Made by a program: the position numbers and the translations under genes | Assembly (NCBI GenBank): GCA_014729395.1 | Contig: WJJZ01000010.1 | Coordinates: forward strand, 23,901 to 87,900 | Source of the DNA: Candidatus Magasanikiibacteriota bacterium | GTDB taxonomy: Bacteria; Patescibacteriota; Patescibacteriia; Magasanikbacterales; UBA922 | DNA: 64,000 nucleotides | Direction: 5' to 3' | Shown: in pieces, positions 8,294 through 18,171 of the stretch | Layout of the letters: each line of letters starts with the position of its first letter | Position numbering within the stretch: position 1 is the stretch's first letter | Notes under the pieces: generated by a model | Databases searched by the model: none | What the model was told of the DNA's origin: nothing | The model's input: only the letters and a program-made list of their open reading frames with translations

Positions 8294-8863
8294 ATGGCAA
8301 TAAAGTTCAAAAACCAACTTAAGGGCAAAAGACTGACGCTAAAAAGAACGAAACCAAGTTTAAAAATGGCTAAAATCATGTTTAAAGTTATAGACGAAAA
8401 TCGCAAACATCTGGAACCATGGTTTCCATGGCCAAAATTAACACTAAAAGTCGAAGATAGTTTAAAATACTTATTTGACAAAGAAGAAGAAACTGAAAAA
8501 GGTAAAAAAATTGAATATGGTATTTATATTAATAATGAATACATAGGAAATATTTCAATTTTTGACATACATGATAAAAATAAATCTGCTGAAATCGGCT
8601 ATTGGTTGTCATCTGCTCATACCAGAAATGGCTATATGACCGAAGCGTTAAAAATCCTGGAAAAAGAAGCTTTTGAAAGATTAAAATTGAATAGACTACA
8701 AATAAAAATTGATGAAAAAAATAAGGCGTCTTTAGGATTGGCCAAAAAATGTGGCTATACGTGTGAAGGAAAATATAGAGAAGATTCTTTTAGTGAGTAT
8801 TTTAATGAATTTGTTAATTCAGTGGTTTATTCAAAATTAAGGTCAGAGTATAAAAAAAGATAA
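8294..8863 (+). CDS. GNAT family N-acetyltransferase (RimJ/RimL-like)
   Basis: EIGYWL..RNGYMTEA..AF.RL.LNRLQIKIDEKNKASLGLAKKCGY is the acetyl-CoA binding core of RimL-type GNATs. Confidence 0.7.
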   Translation: MAIKFKNQLKGKRLTLKRTKPSLKMAKIMFKVIDENRKHLEPWFPWPKLTLKVEDSLKYLFDKEEETEKGKKIEYGIYINNEYIGNISIFDIHDKNKSAEIGYWLSSAHTRNGYMTEALKILEKEAFERLKLNRLQIKIDEKNKASLGLAKKCGYTCEGKYREDSFSEYFNEFVNSVVYSKLRSEYKKR

Positions 8864-8995
8864 AATAAAAAAATGATATTCGACCCTCTCCCCGTATTCT
8901 CGTTATAATCTTTTGCGTTCAGAGTTCTATTATTTTACAAGGGCAATTGGATTCTATTAATCAACTAAAAAGATAATTAAATAAAATTTATCACA

Positions 8996-11065
8996 ATGAA
9001 AAACTACAAATGTCCGAAATGCGGAATGAAATATAAAAAACCGGGAAAATGTTCTATGGATGGGGCCAAGTTGGTAAAAAATAAAAATACCGAGGATAAT
9101 AATACTTCGCATAAATCACACGACCACACTGAACATCACAAACACATGATAAAAGACTTCAAAAAACGATTTATTGTTTCCGCTATCGTCACTTTTCCGA
9201 TAATTATACTCTCACCATTAATCCAAAATTTGCTTGGTCTTTCAATAGATTTCAGAGGAGAAAAATATGTATTATGGATATTATCCACTTTCATCTTTTT
9301 TTATGGTGGGTGGCCGTTTTTAAAAGGAATTTTTGAGGAGCTAAGGAAAAAACAACCCGGAATGATGACATTGATAGCTCTTGCTATTTTTGTCGCTTTT
9401 GTTTACAGCTCGGCAGTAGTATTTGGCTTGGAAGGAAAGCTCTTTTTCTTGGAATTAGCAACACTGATTGACATCATGCTCCTTGGTCACTGGTTGGAGA
9501 TGAAATCCGTAATTGGTGCTTCCAAAGCCTTGGAAAAACTGGCCGAACTGCTACCTGATACGGCTCACCTAAAAGAAAATGGTGACATTAAAAAAATTAA
9601 AATTTCCGAGTTAAAAAAAGATGATATTGTACTGATAAAAGCCGGCGAGAAAATACCGGCCGACGGTGTAATAGTCAAAGGTGAAACTCACATTAACGAA
9701 TCAATGTTGACCGGTGAGTCCAAACCTGTAAAAAAATCAAAAAATGACGAAGTTATCGGCGGTTCAATTAATGGTGACGGCGTACTTGAAGTCAAAATAA
9801 AAAACATTGCTGATGATTCCTATCTAAACAAAGTCATAGATTTGGTAAAAAAAGCTCAGCAATCAAAATCAAAAACACAAAGATTGGCCGATACCGCCGC
9901 CAAGTGGCTTACTATTATTGCCATAGCTACCGGTGTGGTCACCTTTGTATACTGGATCATATTTGGCCCTGATTTGGCATTTGCAATAGAAAGAATGGCC
10001 ACCGTGATGGTTATCACCTGCCCTCATGCTTTGGGCTTGGCTATCCCTCTGGTGACTGCGGTCTCTACATCACTTTCCGCCAAAAACGGTTTGTTGATCA
10101 GAAACAGAACCGCTTTTGAAAATTCCAGAAAAATCACAAATATTGTTTTCGACAAAACCGGTACATTAACCAAAGCTGAATTCGGAGTAAAATCAATTAA
10201 AATATTCAATGATGATTATAATGAAAAAAAGATTATTCAACTGGCGGCCGCACTTGAAAAAAATTCAGAACATCCGATTGCAAAAGGTATTAGAGCGGAA
10301 TTGGATAAACATGAGACAGATGCGTTGGAAGTTTCAGATTTTCAAATACTAAAAGGCAAAGGGGTAAAAGGAAAAATAGATAATAAAACAATAAAACTGG
10401 TAAGTGAAAAATATCTCAGCTCAAAAAATATTAATATCCCTGAAAGCAACGAAACCGGCACTCTTGTTTATGTATTGATAGACAATGAACCTGTCGGATT
10501 AATCATCCTGGCTGACAAAATTAGAAAAGATTCCGCTGAAGCAGTGAAACAATTGCAAAAATCCGGAATTAAGTGTTGGATGCTTACCGGAGATAATGAA
10601 AAAATAGCGGAAAATGTTTCCACTGAGCTAGGTTTGGATGGTTTTTTCGCCGAGGTACTGCCGCATGAAAAACAGGAAAAAATCAAAGAACTGCAAGACA
10701 ATGGAGAATTTGTAGCTATGGCCGGAGACGGTGTAAACGATGCTCCCTCACTTGCCCAAGCCGATATTGGCATAGCGGTCGGATCAGGTACCGATGTTGC
10801 CGCGGAAACGGCTGATATTATTCTGGTTGATAGCAATCCAAAAGATATTAATTCACTGATACTCTTTGGAAAGGCAACTTACAGCAAAATGATCCAAAAC
10901 CTCTTCTGGGCAACCGGTTATAATGTAATTGCAATTCCTTTGGCAGCCGGAGTATTGTACAGTTTTGGATTTGTAATCTCACCCGCTCTTGGCGCCGCGC
11001 TGATGAGTTTAAGTACCGTAATAGTCGCTATAAATGCAAAGTTTCTTAAGGTAAAAAAAGCTTGA
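8996..11065 (+). CDS. P1B-type heavy-metal (copper, CopB-like) translocating ATPase
   Basis: DKTGTLT, TGDN and GDGVNDAP motifs, a CPH transmembrane metal motif (ITCPHALG), and a His-rich N-terminus (HKSHDHTEHHKHM) with a CxxC zinc ribbon. Confidence 0.9.
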   Translation: MKNYKCPKCGMKYKKPGKCSMDGAKLVKNKNTEDNNTSHKSHDHTEHHKHMIKDFKKRFIVSAIVTFPIIILSPLIQNLLGLSIDFRGEKYVLWILSTFIFFYGGWPFLKGIFEELRKKQPGMMTLIALAIFVAFVYSSAVVFGLEGKLFFLELATLIDIMLLGHWLEMKSVIGASKALEKLAELLPDTAHLKENGDIKKIKISELKKDDIVLIKAGEKIPADGVIVKGETHINESMLTGESKPVKKSKNDEVIGGSINGDGVLEVKIKNIADDSYLNKVIDLVKKAQQSKSKTQRLADTAAKWLTIIAIATGVVTFVYWIIFGPDLAFAIERMATVMVITCPHALGLAIPLVTAVSTSLSAKNGLLIRNRTAFENSRKITNIVFDKTGTLTKAEFGVKSIKIFNDDYNEKKIIQLAAALEKNSEHPIAKGIRAELDKHETDALEVSDFQILKGKGVKGKIDNKTIKLVSEKYLSSKNINIPESNETGTLVYVLIDNEPVGLIILADKIRKDSAEAVKQLQKSGIKCWMLTGDNEKIAENVSTELGLDGFFAEVLPHEKQEKIKELQDNGEFVAMAGDGVNDAPSLAQADIGIAVGSGTDVAAETADIILVDSNPKDINSLILFGKATYSKMIQNLFWATGYNVIAIPLAAGVLYSFGFVISPALGAALMSLSTVIVAINAKFLKVKKA

Positions 11066-11228
11066 TGAAATAAATTATTTTGACATCCTCACCCGATTGA
11101 CTATAATAGATGATATTAAGTTTTAATTATAGAAAATATAGCTATGGATGAAAAAAACCTACAAAAACTTTTGGGGAAAGCCAACAAATATATAAAAAAA
11201 TCCGGACAATATCATTGATCCCTATGAT

Positions 11229-11507
11229 ATGACCTTTGTCTGGGTAAGTGAAAGAATAAGTAAGAACGTGGATAGAAATTTAGTTGGTGAAACCGTAGCT
11301 TCCGTATCAGAAGATCCAAGAGGTATTCAAGATTTTGAAAAAATGAACATAGAGGCGACAACGGTTGATTACAATGTCAAAGAAAAAGAAATTTTTTTTA
11401 AAGCCGGACCCAATAAAAATAAAAAAGCTTTAATAAACTTTGTAGTGATAGAATTTGATGGTCAGCCCTATCTGGTAACCAAAATTAAAAAATACGAAAA
11501 AAAATAA
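11229..11507 (+). CDS. Hypothetical protein
   Basis: ORF only. Confidence 0.25.
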   Translation: MTFVWVSERISKNVDRNLVGETVASVSEDPRGIQDFEKMNIEATTVDYNVKEKEIFFKAGPNKNKKALINFVVIEFDGQPYLVTKIKKYEKK

Positions 11508-11509
11508 AT

Positions 11510-11728
11510 ATGAAAATCATCATAATATTCGCTCTTGGTATTATAATGCTGGCCGGGGCTCTTGTAATAAATATAATAGCCTCCCGCATCGGTTTTTTAA
11601 CATGGTACGATTTTTTAGATAACTATAAACAAGCGGATTTTAAAGCATATTTTTGGCTTTTTTTAATTTACCCCATGCTTTTGGGAATTATTGCCTATAT
11701 AGGGGTTAAATTATTAAATATAATATAG
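11510..11728 (+). CDS. Small membrane protein (2 TM)
   Basis: Two hydrophobic helices; immediately follows the previous ORF. Confidence 0.3.
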   Translation: MKIIIIFALGIIMLAGALVINIIASRIGFLTWYDFLDNYKQADFKAYFWLFLIYPMLLGIIAYIGVKLLNII

Positions 11729-11788
11729 TACTTTTGAGATATTTTTGTTATAATAACTATATATATTGATATATAGTTTTTTTATATT

Positions 11789-12340
11789 ATGCCCGACCAA
11801 AGCAACCAAGAACCACAAAGTAATGTTTTTAAACCCGAACCGATTAAACCAACAGCAAACATAGAACAAAATGAGCAAGTAAGTAAAGATATTATAGAAG
11901 AACCAAAAGAACTCTCTGCAACAGACGTCCAAGAACAAAAAGAATCCGAACCTAATGTCCAAGAAGCATCGCAGCAAGCTATTCAAGAGCGAAAAGATAG
12001 TGGATTGAAACACAAAATAAAGAGAAAGAAAAAAAAGACCTATAGTGCCATCCCCCAAACAAGGGATGAATTGTCATTGCAAATAGAAAAAATTATGGAA
12101 GAAGGATTGGATGAGGCTTTTGAGTCTTTAACCCCCACCCAAAAACAAGAATTTAAGATCAAAGGGGAAGAAACAGCTATAAAAATCAGAAATTTACTTC
12201 GTTCTGCCAAAGTTAAGGTAAAAGAAGTATTTACACTGATTATTGAATGGCTAAAGATATTACCCGGAGTAAATAAATTTTTTTTAGAACAAGAAGCAAA
12301 AATTAAAGCCGACAAAATACTTTCTTTAAGAAAAAAATAA
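11789..12340 (+). CDS. Hypothetical acidic/charged protein
   Basis: ORF ends 5 nt before the VirD4-like ATPase gene. Confidence 0.35.
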   Translation: MPDQSNQEPQSNVFKPEPIKPTANIEQNEQVSKDIIEEPKELSATDVQEQKESEPNVQEASQQAIQERKDSGLKHKIKRKKKKTYSAIPQTRDELSLQIEKIMEEGLDEAFESLTPTQKQEFKIKGEETAIKIRNLLRSAKVKVKEVFTLIIEWLKILPGVNKFFLEQEAKIKADKILSLRKK

Positions 12341-12344
12341 GATT

Positions 12345-14924
12345 ATGATCCAATTTACCGGATCTCCGGTTTCACAATCATTTTCCAACAACGCCGGGAT
12401 ACTTAACGATCCACTTTTTTTCTATGCAATTATAGCTGTTGTCAGCATATTCATATTTCTATCATTTCTTTTCATTTTAAGAGCTTTATTACGGTTTAAA
12501 TCCAGACAAAGCAAAGCATTTAATCGAGTTGTACTGCAAATAACCGTACCAAAAGAAAAAAAATCTGAGGGTACCGGCGGCCAAGGTTCTCAAGAAGACA
12601 GACTGGAACAAATAAAAGAAGAAATAGGTCTGACTGAAACGGTTTTTGCGGCTATTGCCGGTATAAAGCCACAGGGAGGCATCAGTAGCTGGCTGCGCGG
12701 CAGAAACGACCACACCAGTTTTGAGATGGTAATGCATGAAGGTTTGATATACTTTTATGTTTCCGTTCCCGACAGAATGCATAGCTTCATTGAACAGCAA
12801 ATTCATGCTCAATACCCTTATGCTCATATTGAAAAAATGAGTGATTATAATATTTTTTCAAAAAACAGTTCTATTGTCGGAGCATATCTAAAAAGTAGCG
12901 CCCCGGCCGTTTTCCCGCTAAAAACATACAAATCCATGGAAGCCGACCCTCTATCGACCATTCTCAACGTCTTGGCGAAAGTCAGAGAAAATAACAGCTC
13001 GGCTGCCATTCAATTTACGGTCAGACCGGCGAATAAAAACTGGCGCAGCAAAGGAGTCAGCATCGTAAGAGAAGTAAAAAAAGGAAAAAAATTCGAAGAC
13101 GTAGTATCCGGCTCCAAATTTATGAAGGCCCTGAAAATAGTTGGCCAAGGAGTTGGAGAGCAAGTAAAAAGCCCGGAAACTCTTCAGAGAGAAAAAGACA
13201 AAGATCATTACCAACTTTCCGCCATGGAAGAAGAGATGCTAAAAGGCATTGAGGAAAAAATATCCAAAGGTGGAATGCAAGCTACAATCAGGCTTATAAG
13301 TGTATCAGACGATGAAAGTACCGCTCGATTGAATTTAGACAATCTAATAAATGCCTTTTCTCAATTTAATTTGTATAGATATGGAGCCAGTTTTAAAGCG
13401 ATTGTACCCAAAACCCAGTCAAAACTGATCAGAGACTTTATTTACCGATCCTTTAGTGAAAAATACAACATGATTCTAAATACGGAGGAAATGTCCAGTT
13501 TATGGCATTTACCTCTTCACTCTACCGAAGCACCAAATATAAAGTGGCTAACAGGTCGAAAGGCTCCCCCACCCCCGAATATACCGACAGAAGGACTTTT
13601 AATCGGTTTTGTAGAGTATCGAGGACAAAAAACAAATATTTATATGAAAGAAGCCGATAGACGCCGTCATATGTATTTAATCGGTAAGTCCGGTGGTGGT
13701 AAATCCGTATTTATTGCCAAAATGGCTGTCCAAGATATCCATAATGGCAAGGGCGTCTGTGTGGTAGATCCTCATGGTGATTTGGTAGAATATGTTTTGA
13801 GTCACATTCCAAAAGAGAGAGCTGACGATGTTATTATTTTTGATCCTTCCGATGTGGAGCGCCCGATCGGTCTAAACATGCTAGAGGCAAAATCTGAAGA
13901 CCAAAAAGATTTTGCGGTGCAAGAAATGATTTCCATTTTTTACAAACTCTTCCCTCCTGAAATGATCGGCCCCATGTTTGAACATAATATGCGAAATGTC
14001 ATGCTGACTTTGATGGCTGATTTGAAAAATCCGGGAACTGTAATTGATATTCCTCGCATGTTTACGGATGACGAATATGTAAAAAAATATTTGGCAAAGC
14101 TGAAAGATCCGGTTGTACGAGCGTTTTGGGAAAAAGAAATGGCAAAAACAAGTGATTTTCATAAATCAGAAATGCTTGGTTATCTTATTTCCAAAGTCGG
14201 CCGTTTTGTGGAAAATGAAATGATGAGAAATATAATGGGCCAGCAAAAATCGGGTTTTGACTTCCGAGAAGTAATGGACCAAAACAAAATATTGCTTGTG
14301 AACTTAGCCAAAGGTAAAACCGGAGAAGTTAATGCCAAACTGCTTGGCCTGATTGTTGTAGCAAAACTGCAAATGGCCGCTTTGGCAAGAGCTGATATGC
14401 CCGAAGAACAAAGAGATGATTTTTATTTATATATAGATGAGTTTCAAAACTTTGTTACTGATTCCATTTCCACTATCCTCTCTGAAGCCAGAAAATATAA
14501 ACTAAATTTAATTATCGCCCATCAATACATGGGCCAGTTGACAGATGATAAAGGACGAGCTGATATTAGAGACGCAGTCTTGGGTAATGCCGGTACGATT
14601 TGTTCAGCCAGGATAGGTCCGGACGACGCTGAAATACTGGCAAAAGAATTTGCTCCGACCTTTGGTTCCTATGATCTTTTGAATGCTCCCGAATATTCTT
14701 GGTATACAAAGATGTTAATTGATAATACAGCCTCCAAACCGTTCTTAATGCAAACTTTCCCACCGGAAGAAGGTAGTACAGAGCTCGGCTCGGCCATCAA
14801 AGAATTATCAAGATTAAAATTTGGTCGAGACCGTCGTATTGTTGAAGCGGAAATAATGGATCGTACCAAAATCGGACAGCCCGAAAGCCAAGGCAACACA
14901 GAAGCGGCAGAAGCCAGCCTGTGA
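12345..14924 (+). CDS. VirD4/TraD/TraG-family (FtsK/HerA superfamily) P-loop ATPase with N-terminal TM segment
   Basis: Walker A GKSGGGKS, Walker B LYIDEFQNF, an N-terminal TM helix, and size 859 aa. Matches what is usually annotated as a type IV secretion system DNA-binding domain protein in CPR genomes. Confidence 0.6.
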   Translation: MIQFTGSPVSQSFSNNAGILNDPLFFYAIIAVVSIFIFLSFLFILRALLRFKSRQSKAFNRVVLQITVPKEKKSEGTGGQGSQEDRLEQIKEEIGLTETVFAAIAGIKPQGGISSWLRGRNDHTSFEMVMHEGLIYFYVSVPDRMHSFIEQQIHAQYPYAHIEKMSDYNIFSKNSSIVGAYLKSSAPAVFPLKTYKSMEADPLSTILNVLAKVRENNSSAAIQFTVRPANKNWRSKGVSIVREVKKGKKFEDVVSGSKFMKALKIVGQGVGEQVKSPETLQREKDKDHYQLSAMEEEMLKGIEEKISKGGMQATIRLISVSDDESTARLNLDNLINAFSQFNLYRYGASFKAIVPKTQSKLIRDFIYRSFSEKYNMILNTEEMSSLWHLPLHSTEAPNIKWLTGRKAPPPPNIPTEGLLIGFVEYRGQKTNIYMKEADRRRHMYLIGKSGGGKSVFIAKMAVQDIHNGKGVCVVDPHGDLVEYVLSHIPKERADDVIIFDPSDVERPIGLNMLEAKSEDQKDFAVQEMISIFYKLFPPEMIGPMFEHNMRNVMLTLMADLKNPGTVIDIPRMFTDDEYVKKYLAKLKDPVVRAFWEKEMAKTSDFHKSEMLGYLISKVGRFVENEMMRNIMGQQKSGFDFREVMDQNKILLVNLAKGKTGEVNAKLLGLIVVAKLQMAALARADMPEEQRDDFYLYIDEFQNFVTDSISTILSEARKYKLNLIIAHQYMGQLTDDKGRADIRDAVLGNAGTICSARIGPDDAEILAKEFAPTFGSYDLLNAPEYSWYTKMLIDNTASKPFLMQTFPPEEGSTELGSAIKELSRLKFGRDRRIVEAEIMDRTKIGQPESQGNTEAAEASL

Positions 14925-14967
14925 TAATTAAAAATTTAAAATTATAAATGCAAAATAATTTTATCTG

Positions 14968-14985
14968 TTTTGCATTTTTAATTTA
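14968..14985. repeat. 18-bp direct repeat, copy 1 (TTTTGCATTTTTAATTTA)
   Basis: Exact copy at 15401-15418 flanking the other side of the four-helix-bundle gene. An adjacent 8-bp inverted repeat atgcaaaa..ttttgcat lies at 14948-14975. Confidence 0.7.
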
Positions 14986-14991
14986 ATAAAA

Positions 14992-15372
14992 ATGACAAAA
15001 ATATCCAAAAATGAAGGAGTTCATTTTACAAAAATTGACATCTGGCAAAGAAGTTTTAATTTTGCAATTAAAATTATCCAATTATGTGATACACTACCAA
15101 ATAACCAAAAAACATGGATATTAACAAGACAAATTATTCGTTCATCGACATCAATTTCAGCAAATTTAGCAGAAGGTAGTGGTGGAAGCACTAAAAAAGA
15201 ATTTATTCGCTATGCAGATATATCTAGAAAATCTGCACTTGAAACATATAATTGGCTATTATTTATTGAAAAAATTTTTAAATTAAGTGAAATTAACTCT
15301 GAAATCAAAAAAGAAAATGTTGAGATAATAAAAATTCTAAGTAAAATTGTAATAAATTCTAAAAAAAGTTAA
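14992..15372 (+). CDS. Four-helix-bundle protein (23S rRNA intervening-sequence protein family)
   Basis: SISANLAEGSG..S.KEF..Y..IS..SA.E core typical of TIGR02436-type proteins; size 126 aa. Confidence 0.75.
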   Translation: MTKISKNEGVHFTKIDIWQRSFNFAIKIIQLCDTLPNNQKTWILTRQIIRSSTSISANLAEGSGGSTKKEFIRYADISRKSALETYNWLLFIEKIFKLSEINSEIKKENVEIIKILSKIVINSKKS

Positions 15373-15400
15373 AAATATATATTTTGTGAGTTATTTTGCA

Positions 15401-15418
15401 TTTTGCATTTTTAATTTA
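15401..15418. repeat. 18-bp direct repeat, copy 2 (TTTTGCATTTTTAATTTA)
   Basis: Exact match to 14968-14985. Confidence 0.7.
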
Positions 15419-15525
15419 TAATTTTAATTCACATCTTATTCCCATTTCTTCCCCTGTTTATCTTGTCAAAAGACAAAAAAAATTGCATACTTAATGGCAC
15501 AAACTAAAAATAAACATAAAAAAAT

Positions 15526-16275
15526 ATGAACTCGATCTCGGATATAATTTCGGACAAGTCTGACGATATAGCTGATGAAAATACAGGCAATACTGACTCA
15601 AAAACAATGGATTACTCAACAAATTTTTTACAAAACCAACCTGACGCACCGACTACTCCACCCCATCAAGACAGTATCAGCACACCGGCCACTGAACTTG
15701 ATGATCAAACTGATACAGATAGTCATGGTCAGGATAATATTAATACAAATAAAAACGAAAACCCAAATATTGATATAATAAAAAATAAATTATACCGATT
15801 AAAAGACGAGCTTGACTCTATAATCCGAACACTCGATAAAAACACGATATCCGAAAACACAAGTTCCAATAAAACCGATCCGGATGAAAAAATACTGGAA
15901 AGTGGTGAAAGGATTGTTGAAGGAGTGTTTGACGGAGAAAAAATGATTGGACCCGATGGCAAAGAGTATTCCGTACCTCCGAACTATGCCAGTAAATCCA
16001 AATTGGTTGAAGGAGATATGATGAAGCTTACCATCACCAATAATGGATCATTTATTTATAAACAGATCGGACCGGTGGAAAGAGATAGACTAGTGGGTGA
16101 AATAGTCGCTTTGGAAAATGATGAATACAGCGCTCTGTGTGAAGGAAAAACATATAAGATATTAACCGCATCAGTTACTTTTTATAAAGGAAAATCCGGT
16201 GATGAAGTTGTGTTGCTTGTACCAAAAGACGGCTCCAGTAATTGGGCCGCTGTGGAAAACATTATATCTTGCTAA
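15526..16275 (+). CDS. Hypothetical protein with acidic low-complexity N-terminus
   Basis: ORF only. Confidence 0.35.
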   Translation: MNSISDIISDKSDDIADENTGNTDSKTMDYSTNFLQNQPDAPTTPPHQDSISTPATELDDQTDTDSHGQDNINTNKNENPNIDIIKNKLYRLKDELDSIIRTLDKNTISENTSSNKTDPDEKILESGERIVEGVFDGEKMIGPDGKEYSVPPNYASKSKLVEGDMMKLTITNNGSFIYKQIGPVERDRLVGEIVALENDEYSALCEGKTYKILTASVTFYKGKSGDEVVLLVPKDGSSNWAAVENIISC

Positions 16276-16277
16276 GT

Positions 16278-18062
16278 TCAAGTATAAATTATATCTGCCG
16301 CTCTTTGTTTGGAACCGCGTAATATCATCACATCTTTCTTTTCTCCATCAATTTCACGTTCGCCTATTTTAATAGGCCAACTCTTATCGTCAGCATAATA
16401 ATCCATTGGTGAAATTCCGTAATTATACGGAAATATTTTTTTTAATAAAGTCTTCCAAGTTAAAGCATCTTCCTCTTGCATTACGGTTGAAAACTTATTC
16501 AATGACTCCGAAACTTCTCTGTATACTTTATTCCCTTCTTCGGACATACTAATAACTGTTGGTAATTTTAAATCGCTGATTACCTGAAGTAATTCGGTGA
16601 CTGCTTCTCTGCCATCCTTTTGTTTGCTGATTTCCAAAATTTTCTTTACAACTTCTTTTACTAATTTTTCAATCAATAAGCTGAATGTATTGTCTTTATT
16701 TTTACTGCCTTTACAAAAATCATTAACAAATGTAAGTTTATCAAGGTCATTTTTCTCCATTGCTCTTTCCGCCAAAACATCAGCCAGTTCATTTACTTCC
16801 AAACTATTCTCATCTTTCTTATCATATTCATCACCGATTGTAATCAGGTCTTCGTTGCCGTGAGTGTTTAAGTAAATTACAGAATCACCTTCGCTATATT
16901 TTATAAAATTCAATATGCCATTTACATATTTATCCGCCTTGCCACCGGAAGCGGCATCTAAAAGACTTATTTTTTCCACTCCGGCCGCCTTTATACTTTC
17001 TTCGATCTGTAAAATATCAAACTCGGGTATATAATTTCCATATTCGTCTACATCCAATTTTTTTGAACCATAACCGAATAAAAGAAAATTGTTTGTTTCA
17101 GGACCAAAAATCTCTTTTTCATTTTCTAATAAATTATTATAATCTTGCAATTCCTCCATCAATAATGACGGTAAATGTTCTTCGTCTTCATCTAAAAAGC
17201 GTCTTTTGACTATTGCCTTTTTCAACAATAAATAGGATTCAGCCAGTTTTAAATTATTTTCACTTGATTGCAAAATTTTTCTAATCTCTGGGTTGTCCAA
17301 ACTATTTCTAAATTCCGCCATTTTTTCTTTGTCAGACCAACCCGGATACTCGGTAATATTAGCTTTGATCTCTTGTTTTGAATACCTTGCACTCAAATTT
17401 CTTGGTCTATAATTTAAATTCCTTCTCGGGTCAATTTCCCAGGATTCGATCTCGTCTGATTTCGGTAAAAAATCAGTACTATAAACACTGCCATGTTCAT
17501 ACGGCAAAACGTCTCTATCTATTACGCTCCTTTTCTTGTCATACATTTGTTTTTTTGAGAAAAATTCATATACAAAATGGTGACAACCTAAATCAGCCAA
17601 GTGTCTGTAGATTTCATTCAGCCTGTCAAATGTACTGGCATCCAGCCCCTCTTCATAATCCAATTCATATGCTTTTTCCAAAAATCCGGAAATATTGCCG
17701 CCAAGTTTGTCTGACATGATTTTTTTTATCTCCAATTCATTTTCAACCGTTCTTTCAAGCTTTGAGCCGTAATTTCTATTTGTCTCATGCACCAATCCTT
17801 CTAAAAGTTCCTTATATTCTTTAAATTCAGCTTCGGTCATTTCTTTTTCTGATATAAATTCAACCAACCTCTCCAAATACGGCCCTAACGTGCCGGCTCC
17901 AATTGCTGCACCGGCCGCTCCATAACCCATTAATTTCAAAAATTTGCGTCGACTCATGTCCGCTTCGGGTGTTTTTTCAATTTTTTTCTCTTCAACATTT
18001 TCTACATCCTCTGATATCTTTTCCCAGTTCTTTTTTCCAAATATTTTTTCAAAAAAGGCCAT
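16278..18062 (-). CDS. Secreted protein with twin-arginine (Tat) signal; caspase-like Cys peptidase signature possible
   Basis: MSRRKFLKLMGYGAAGAAIGAGTL Tat signal at residues 36-60, so the true start is probably near 17957. An HG (YLNTHGNE) followed about 50 aa later by DFCKGS resembles a clostripain/caspase-type His-Cys dyad. Confidence 0.45.
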   Translation of the reverse strand: MAFFEKIFGKKNWEKISEDVENVEEKKIEKTPEADMSRRKFLKLMGYGAAGAAIGAGTLGPYLERLVEFISEKEMTEAEFKEYKELLEGLVHETNRNYGSKLERTVENELEIKKIMSDKLGGNISGFLEKAYELDYEEGLDASTFDRLNEIYRHLADLGCHHFVYEFFSKKQMYDKKRSVIDRDVLPYEHGSVYSTDFLPKSDEIESWEIDPRRNLNYRPRNLSARYSKQEIKANITEYPGWSDKEKMAEFRNSLDNPEIRKILQSSENNLKLAESYLLLKKAIVKRRFLDEDEEHLPSLLMEELQDYNNLLENEKEIFGPETNNFLLFGYGSKKLDVDEYGNYIPEFDILQIEESIKAAGVEKISLLDAASGGKADKYVNGILNFIKYSEGDSVIYLNTHGNEDLITIGDEYDKKDENSLEVNELADVLAERAMEKNDLDKLTFVNDFCKGSKNKDNTFSLLIEKLVKEVVKKILEISKQKDGREAVTELLQVISDLKLPTVISMSEEGNKVYREVSESLNKFSTVMQEEDALTWKTLLKKIFPYNYGISPMDYYADDKSWPIKIGEREIDGEKKDVMILRGSKQRAADIIYT

Positions 18063-18113
18063 AATTTTGTTTTATATTAATGTTATTTTACCCTATTTTA
18101 ACCTATTTTTCAA

Positions 18114-18145
18114 TAAAAAAAGACCACACAAAATAAAATGGTGGT
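18114..18145 (-). terminator. Intrinsic terminator (GACCAC..GUGGUC + U-run)
   Basis: Hairpin plus T7 on the minus strand downstream of the gene ending at 18172. Confidence 0.45.
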
Positions 18146-18171
18146 CTAAAGCATCGAAAGAGCGGAAACAA

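Noticed and set aside
10024-10836. Minus-strand ORFs inside the P-type ATPase gene
   Set aside because: Antisense to a full-length conserved ATPase; Ala/Ser-rich translation is typical of reverse-frame artefacts.
14941-15525. Calling the direct-repeat-flanked four-helix-bundle gene a mobile element
   Set aside because: No integrase or transposase and no clear target-site structure. Kept as a repeat/cassette observation only.
15575-15962. ORFs 15575-15778 (+) and 15729-15962 (-)
   Set aside because: Alternative-frame or antisense overlaps of the longer 15526-16275 ORF.
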